A DNA stretch of 63,876 bases, the filler included, from Candidatus Tectimicrobiota bacterium (GTDB lineage: Bacteria > JACPSX01), in NCBI GenBank assembly GCA_016193065.1. It is 6 parts of 6 records of this genome, joined end to end, with 100 filler letters (N's around TTAATTAATTAA, not from the genome) between each part and the next. Parts side by side here need not be neighbours in the genome. Positions count along the whole stretch, not along the records: positions 59,266 to 63,876 come from JACPSX010000041.1; 5 more parts are not named here. One strand, 5' to 3'. The translations under genes were made by a program, and so were the position numbers. Below are positions 60,300 through 63,876 of the stretch, one piece after another. The first letter of the stretch is position 1. The number at the start of each line of letters is the position of its first letter. Below the pieces are notes generated by a model. That model searched no databases, was not told the origin of the DNA, and saw only the letters and a program-made list of their open reading frames with translations.

Positions 60300-63079
60300 C
60301 AGTCCTCCAGGTTCTCCATGACTCGATGCAGGGCCTGCTCGAGACGGCCGCGCTTATCAAGGAGGGCTTGTTGAGCTTCTTTTTCCTTTTGTACGATGTC
60401 CGCCGGCGCCCTGTCCGGAAAGTTCGGGTTCGCCAGCTTGCGGGCGATAAATTCCAGGTCGGCCTGAACTTTGCGGATCTCTTTCTCCAGGCGCTGTTTC
60501 TCCTCCTGGAAGTCGATGAGCCCCAGCAAAGGCACGTAAACCTCCATGTCCGGAAGGACCGCGGTGGCAGCCCCGCGCGGACGCTGGACCGATACTCCGG
60601 TTTCGAGCTTTTCCAGTCCCGCCAGCAGGGCAATGGAGCGCTGGTGGGCCTCCAGAATTTGCACCGCTTCCGGGTCTTTGGCGCGAATCAGGGCCGAAAC
60701 GCGTTTGCCCGTGGGCATCCCGATCTCCCCCCGTATCGTGCGCACTCCTCCCACGGCCTCCATAATTAGATTCATTTTCGACTCTGCTTCCGGATCCCGG
60801 ACCCACTCCGAGGCCTTCGGATACGGGGCGGTGGCAATGCTCTGGCGGGAGCCGGGCATGTGACTCCAGATCTCCTCGGTGATGAACGGCATAAAGGGGT
60901 GAAGGAGCCGCAAAGCGGCGTCCAGCACTTCCTGCAAGATCTGCCGCGAGGTCTGGCGCTCCGGGGACGACTGCGCCAGTCGGGGCTTCGCCATCTCCAG
61001 GTACCAGTCGCAGAACTCGTGCCAGACGAACTGATAAAGTTGGCCCGCGGCCTCGTTGAATTTGTACGAATCGAGCGACTGCCGGGTGTTTTCAACCACG
61101 GCGGACAGGCGGCTCAAAATCCAGCGCTCCGCCAGGTCCATCTCCTCCCGGGAGGGAGGTGCCCCGGCTGCCGCCTCGCCGTCCAGGTTCATGAGAGTGA
61201 AGCGGGAAGCGTTCCAGAGTTTGTTGCAAAAGTGCCGGTAGCCTTCGATTCTCTCTTCGGAAAGGAGGATGTCCCGGCCCTGGGCGGCAAAAGCGGCGAG
61301 GGTGAAGCGGAAGGCGTCGGTGCCGGTCCGCTCCATGACTTCCAGGGGATCAATGACGTTGCCCCGCGACTTGCTCATCTTCTGCCCTTCCGCATCCCGC
61401 ACCAGGGCGTGGATGTAGACCTGGCGAAACGGGATGTCTCCCATGAACTTGAGCCCCATCATGATCATACGGGCCACCCAGAAGAAGAGGATATCGAAGC
61501 TGGTGACCAGCACGTCCGTGGGGTAGTAGCGCTTCAAGTCCGCGGTTGGCTCGGGCCAGCCCAGGGTCGAGAAGGGCCACAGGGCCGAGCTGAACCAGGT
61601 GTCCAGCACATCGGGATCCTGCTCGATTTGTGAGGATCCGCAGCGGGGGCAGGTTTGGGGCGCTTGCCTGGCAACGATGGGGACGGCATCGGGGAGGAAC
61701 GTGATGTGCTCGCTGCCCCTGCCCTCTGATGTGGCGGCGGAGTAAGTGCGGACAAGGCGATCTTTGTTGCAGGAGAGGCAGTACCAGGCCGGGATCCGGT
61801 GTCCCCACCAGATCTGCCGGGATATGCACCAGTCCCGTATGTTCCTCATCCATTCAAAGTAGGTGTTCTTCCAGGTCTCGGGGATAATCTGGACCTGCCC
61901 TTCCTCCACGACCTGGATGGCGGGCCCGGCCAGGGGGCTCATGCGCACAAACCACTGGGGGGTGAGGAACGGCTCGATAGGCGTTTGACAGCGGTAGCAG
62001 TGGCCCACGGCGTGCCGGTAGGCTTCTTCCTTGACGAGAAGACCCTCCTCGCGCAAATCCTCCACGATCTGTCGGCGGGCCTCGTAACGGTCCAAGCCCA
62101 CATAGCGGGCGGCCGGGGAATCCAGGGGTTTGCCGGCGTCATCCACCAGGAATTTCTGGCTGAGGTTCCCCTTGCTGTCCAGGGCATTGATGATCGGGAG
62201 GCCGTGGCGCCGGCCGATCTCGTAATCGTTGGGATCGTGCCCCGGGGTGACCTTGAGGGCTCCGGTGCCGAATTCCCGGGACACATAGCTGTCCGCGATC
62301 ACTGGGATCCGCCGGCCCACGAGGGGAAGGATCACCGTTTTCCCCACGGCTCCCACGTAGCGCTCGTCCTCCGGGTTGACGGCAACGGCCGTATCGGCCA
62401 GCATGGTCTCGGGCCGGGTTGTGGCGACGATCAAGCCGCCAGCGGAATCGTCGGCAAAAGGATAAAGGATGTGCCACAATTTTCCCTCTCTCTCCTCATG
62501 CACGACCTCAATGTCCGAGAGCGCCGTCTCGCAGCGGGGGCACCAGTTGACCTGGCGTTCGGCCCGGTACAGGAGTCCATCCTCGTGGAGCCGCACGAAT
62601 ACCTCCAGGACGGCGCGGGAGAGGCCCTCGTCCATGGTGAAGCGCTCCCGCTTCCAGTCGCAGGAGGCTCCCAGGCGCTTGAGCTGCCGGATGATCGTGC
62701 CCCCCACCTCCTGCTTCCACTTCCAGATCCGGACCACGAATTGTTCCCGTCCCAGGCTTTCCCGGGACAGCCCCTCGGAATGGAGTTGACGCTCGATGAC
62801 GTTTTGGGTCGCAATTCCGGCATGATCCGTCCCCGGCATCCACAGGGCATCGTAGCCGTCCATGCGCTTCCAGCGCACCAGGATGTCCTGGAGAGTGTTG
62901 TTGAGGGCGTGGCCGATGTGAAGAGAACCCGTCACATTGGGGGGAGGGATGACGATGCAGAAGGGAGGCTTGGAGAGGTCCTGCCCGGCATGGAAGAGGT
63001 CCAGTTGATTCCAGTATTCCCGCCAGCGTTCTTCCACCGGGCCGGGGTCGTATTGTTTGCTGGGGGTCCCACTTCCCAA
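60299..63079 (-). CDS. valS: Valine-tRNA ligase
   Basis: PPPNVTGSLHIGH, GTDHAGIATQ, DWCISRQIWWGH, KMSKS, C-terminal coiled coil. Confidence 0.98.
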   Translation of the reverse strand: MGSGTPSKQYDPGPVEERWREYWNQLDLFHAGQDLSKPPFCIVIPPPNVTGSLHIGHALNNTLQDILVRWKRMDGYDALWMPGTDHAGIATQNVIERQLHSEGLSRESLGREQFVVRIWKWKQEVGGTIIRQLKRLGASCDWKRERFTMDEGLSRAVLEVFVRLHEDGLLYRAERQVNWCPRCETALSDIEVVHEEREGKLWHILYPFADDSAGGLIVATTRPETMLADTAVAVNPEDERYVGAVGKTVILPLVGRRIPVIADSYVSREFGTGALKVTPGHDPNDYEIGRRHGLPIINALDSKGNLSQKFLVDDAGKPLDSPAARYVGLDRYEARRQIVEDLREEGLLVKEEAYRHAVGHCYRCQTPIEPFLTPQWFVRMSPLAGPAIQVVEEGQVQIIPETWKNTYFEWMRNIRDWCISRQIWWGHRIPAWYCLSCNKDRLVRTYSAATSEGRGSEHITFLPDAVPIVARQAPQTCPRCGSSQIEQDPDVLDTWFSSALWPFSTLGWPEPTADLKRYYPTDVLVTSFDILFFWVARMIMMGLKFMGDIPFRQVYIHALVRDAEGQKMSKSRGNVIDPLEVMERTGTDAFRFTLAAFAAQGRDILLSEERIEGYRHFCNKLWNASRFTLMNLDGEAAAGAPPSREEMDLAERWILSRLSAVVENTRQSLDSYKFNEAAGQLYQFVWHEFCDWYLEMAKPRLAQSSPERQTSRQILQEVLDAALRLLHPFMPFITEEIWSHMPGSRQSIATAPYPKASEWVRDPEAESKMNLIMEAVGGVRTIRGEIGMPTGKRVSALIRAKDPEAVQILEAHQRSIALLAGLEKLETGVSVQRPRGAATAVLPDMEVYVPLLGLIDFQEEKQRLEKEIRKVQADLEFIARKLANPNFPDRAPADIVQKEKEAQQALLDKRGRLEQALHRVMENLED

Positions 63080-63247
63080 TCTGTTCCTCCTGTCGTGACG
63101 TGCGCCTTGGTAGGGTTAGGATATGTTGACGATTCTTGAATGGCTAGTGCCGTTCCAACTCTTTTCGGCTACGTTTCCGGTTCGCGTGGTCCATACTTAT
63201 ACTGCCTGTCATATCGTTCAAATTGGGCGCGGAAAGTTGGAACGGTA

Positions 63248-63876
63248 CTAGGCCGTTCCGGTTTTGATCTTCTCGATCTCTTGGCGAATGATCTCCTCGG
63301 CCAGGCGGGGGATCACCTCGCGAACGAAGCTCTCGACGATCTGCCGGATTTCGGGTTCGAGCTCCTGCATGCGCTTTTCCGCAATCTCCCGGATATGCTT
63401 TGCGGCCATTTCCCGTACCTGGGTATCGATGGCTTCGCGGATGATCTCCGGCGCCAAGTGGGGGATCACCTCGCGAACGACGTTCTCGAGGATCTGCCGG
63501 ATTTCGGGTTCGATGTCTTGCATGTGCCTTTCGGCCATCTCGAGGATGTGCTTGGAGGCAATCTCCTGCACCTGGGTGGCGATTGCTTCCCGCACGGTCT
63601 CCACCCACTGGGGTCCCAATTCCCCCGCAGGCAGGCCGGCTTCCCCGGTGATCTGCTCCTGGTCCGGCTCCGGAATCTCGTGATCCGGCGGTAGGAACTC
63701 TTTAATCTTTTCCAGGAGATGCTTGGCCTCAAACGGCTTGGTCAGGTAACTGCTGGCCCCGGCGGCCTGAGCCTCTTCCCAGACAAAGTCCTCGAAGTTG
63801 CTCGACAGGAGAATGATGGGGATCTGGCACTGGGTCTCCTCCTCCCTGATTTTCTGGCATAGTTCCAGCCCGCCGA
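63248..63876 (-). CDS. RomR-like response regulator (REC, acidic linker, duplicated C-terminal helical domain); 5' truncated
   Basis: The frame is open to the window end: GLELCQKI..IPIILLS..AGASSYLTKPF, then EVIP.LAEEIIRQEIEKI tail; lies upstream of valS. Confidence 0.75.
   Translation of the reverse strand, partial: GGLELCQKIREEETQCQIPIILLSSNFEDFVWEEAQAAGASSYLTKPFEAKHLLEKIKEFLPPDHEIPEPDQEQITGEAGLPAGELGPQWVETVREAIATQVQEIASKHILEMAERHMQDIEPEIRQILENVVREVIPHLAPEIIREAIDTQVREMAAKHIREIAEKRMQELEPEIRQIVESFVREVIPRLAEEIIRQEIEKIKTGTA
63275..63592 (-). repeat. Intragenic tandem duplication, 153-bp (51-aa) period
   Basis: gggatcacctcgcgaacga at 63309 and 63462; REAIATQV.. versus REAIDTQV.. Confidence 0.85.

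Overview
The window is not one locus. It is six GC-rich draft-assembly pieces joined by artificial N44-TTAATTAATTAA-N44 linkers (pieces 1-7001, 7102-15738, 15839-25670, 25771-30069, 30170-59165, 59266-63876), so adjacency across a linker means nothing. Gene order (atpZIBE-rex, ilvBNC-psd, romR-like-valS, fleQ-TPR-fleS-fleR) suggests a diderm of the Deltaproteobacteria/Nitrospinota/Tectomicrobia neighbourhood (inference). Piece 1 has a truncated SecA paralog inside a type I secretion-like operon (M50/HlyD-type tail, TolC, membrane fusion protein), then ribF and a flippase-like gene. Piece 2 has rplU-rpmA-obgE-proB and a sigma54 FleQ/FleSR-like cascade with visible -24/-12 promoters and enhancer-like palindromes. 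Pieces 3, 4 and 6 are housekeeping. Piece 5 is a 29-kb single-strand catabolic island: a Mo-bisPGD oxidoreductase trio, three UbiD enzymes, an LLM, two atypical enolase-superfamily enzymes, an atypical M24 protein, thiolase/DUF35, a CoA ligase, a CoA-transferase-like pair lacking the catalytic Glu, paired cupins, an M29/NicX-like protein and five solute-binding proteins. It is the best candidate for an undescribed pathway. Intergenic DNA carries several palindromic repeat families, one with compensatory base changes. Five internal deletions/frameshifts may be assembly errors. All calls come from motif recognition by eye; no searches were run.
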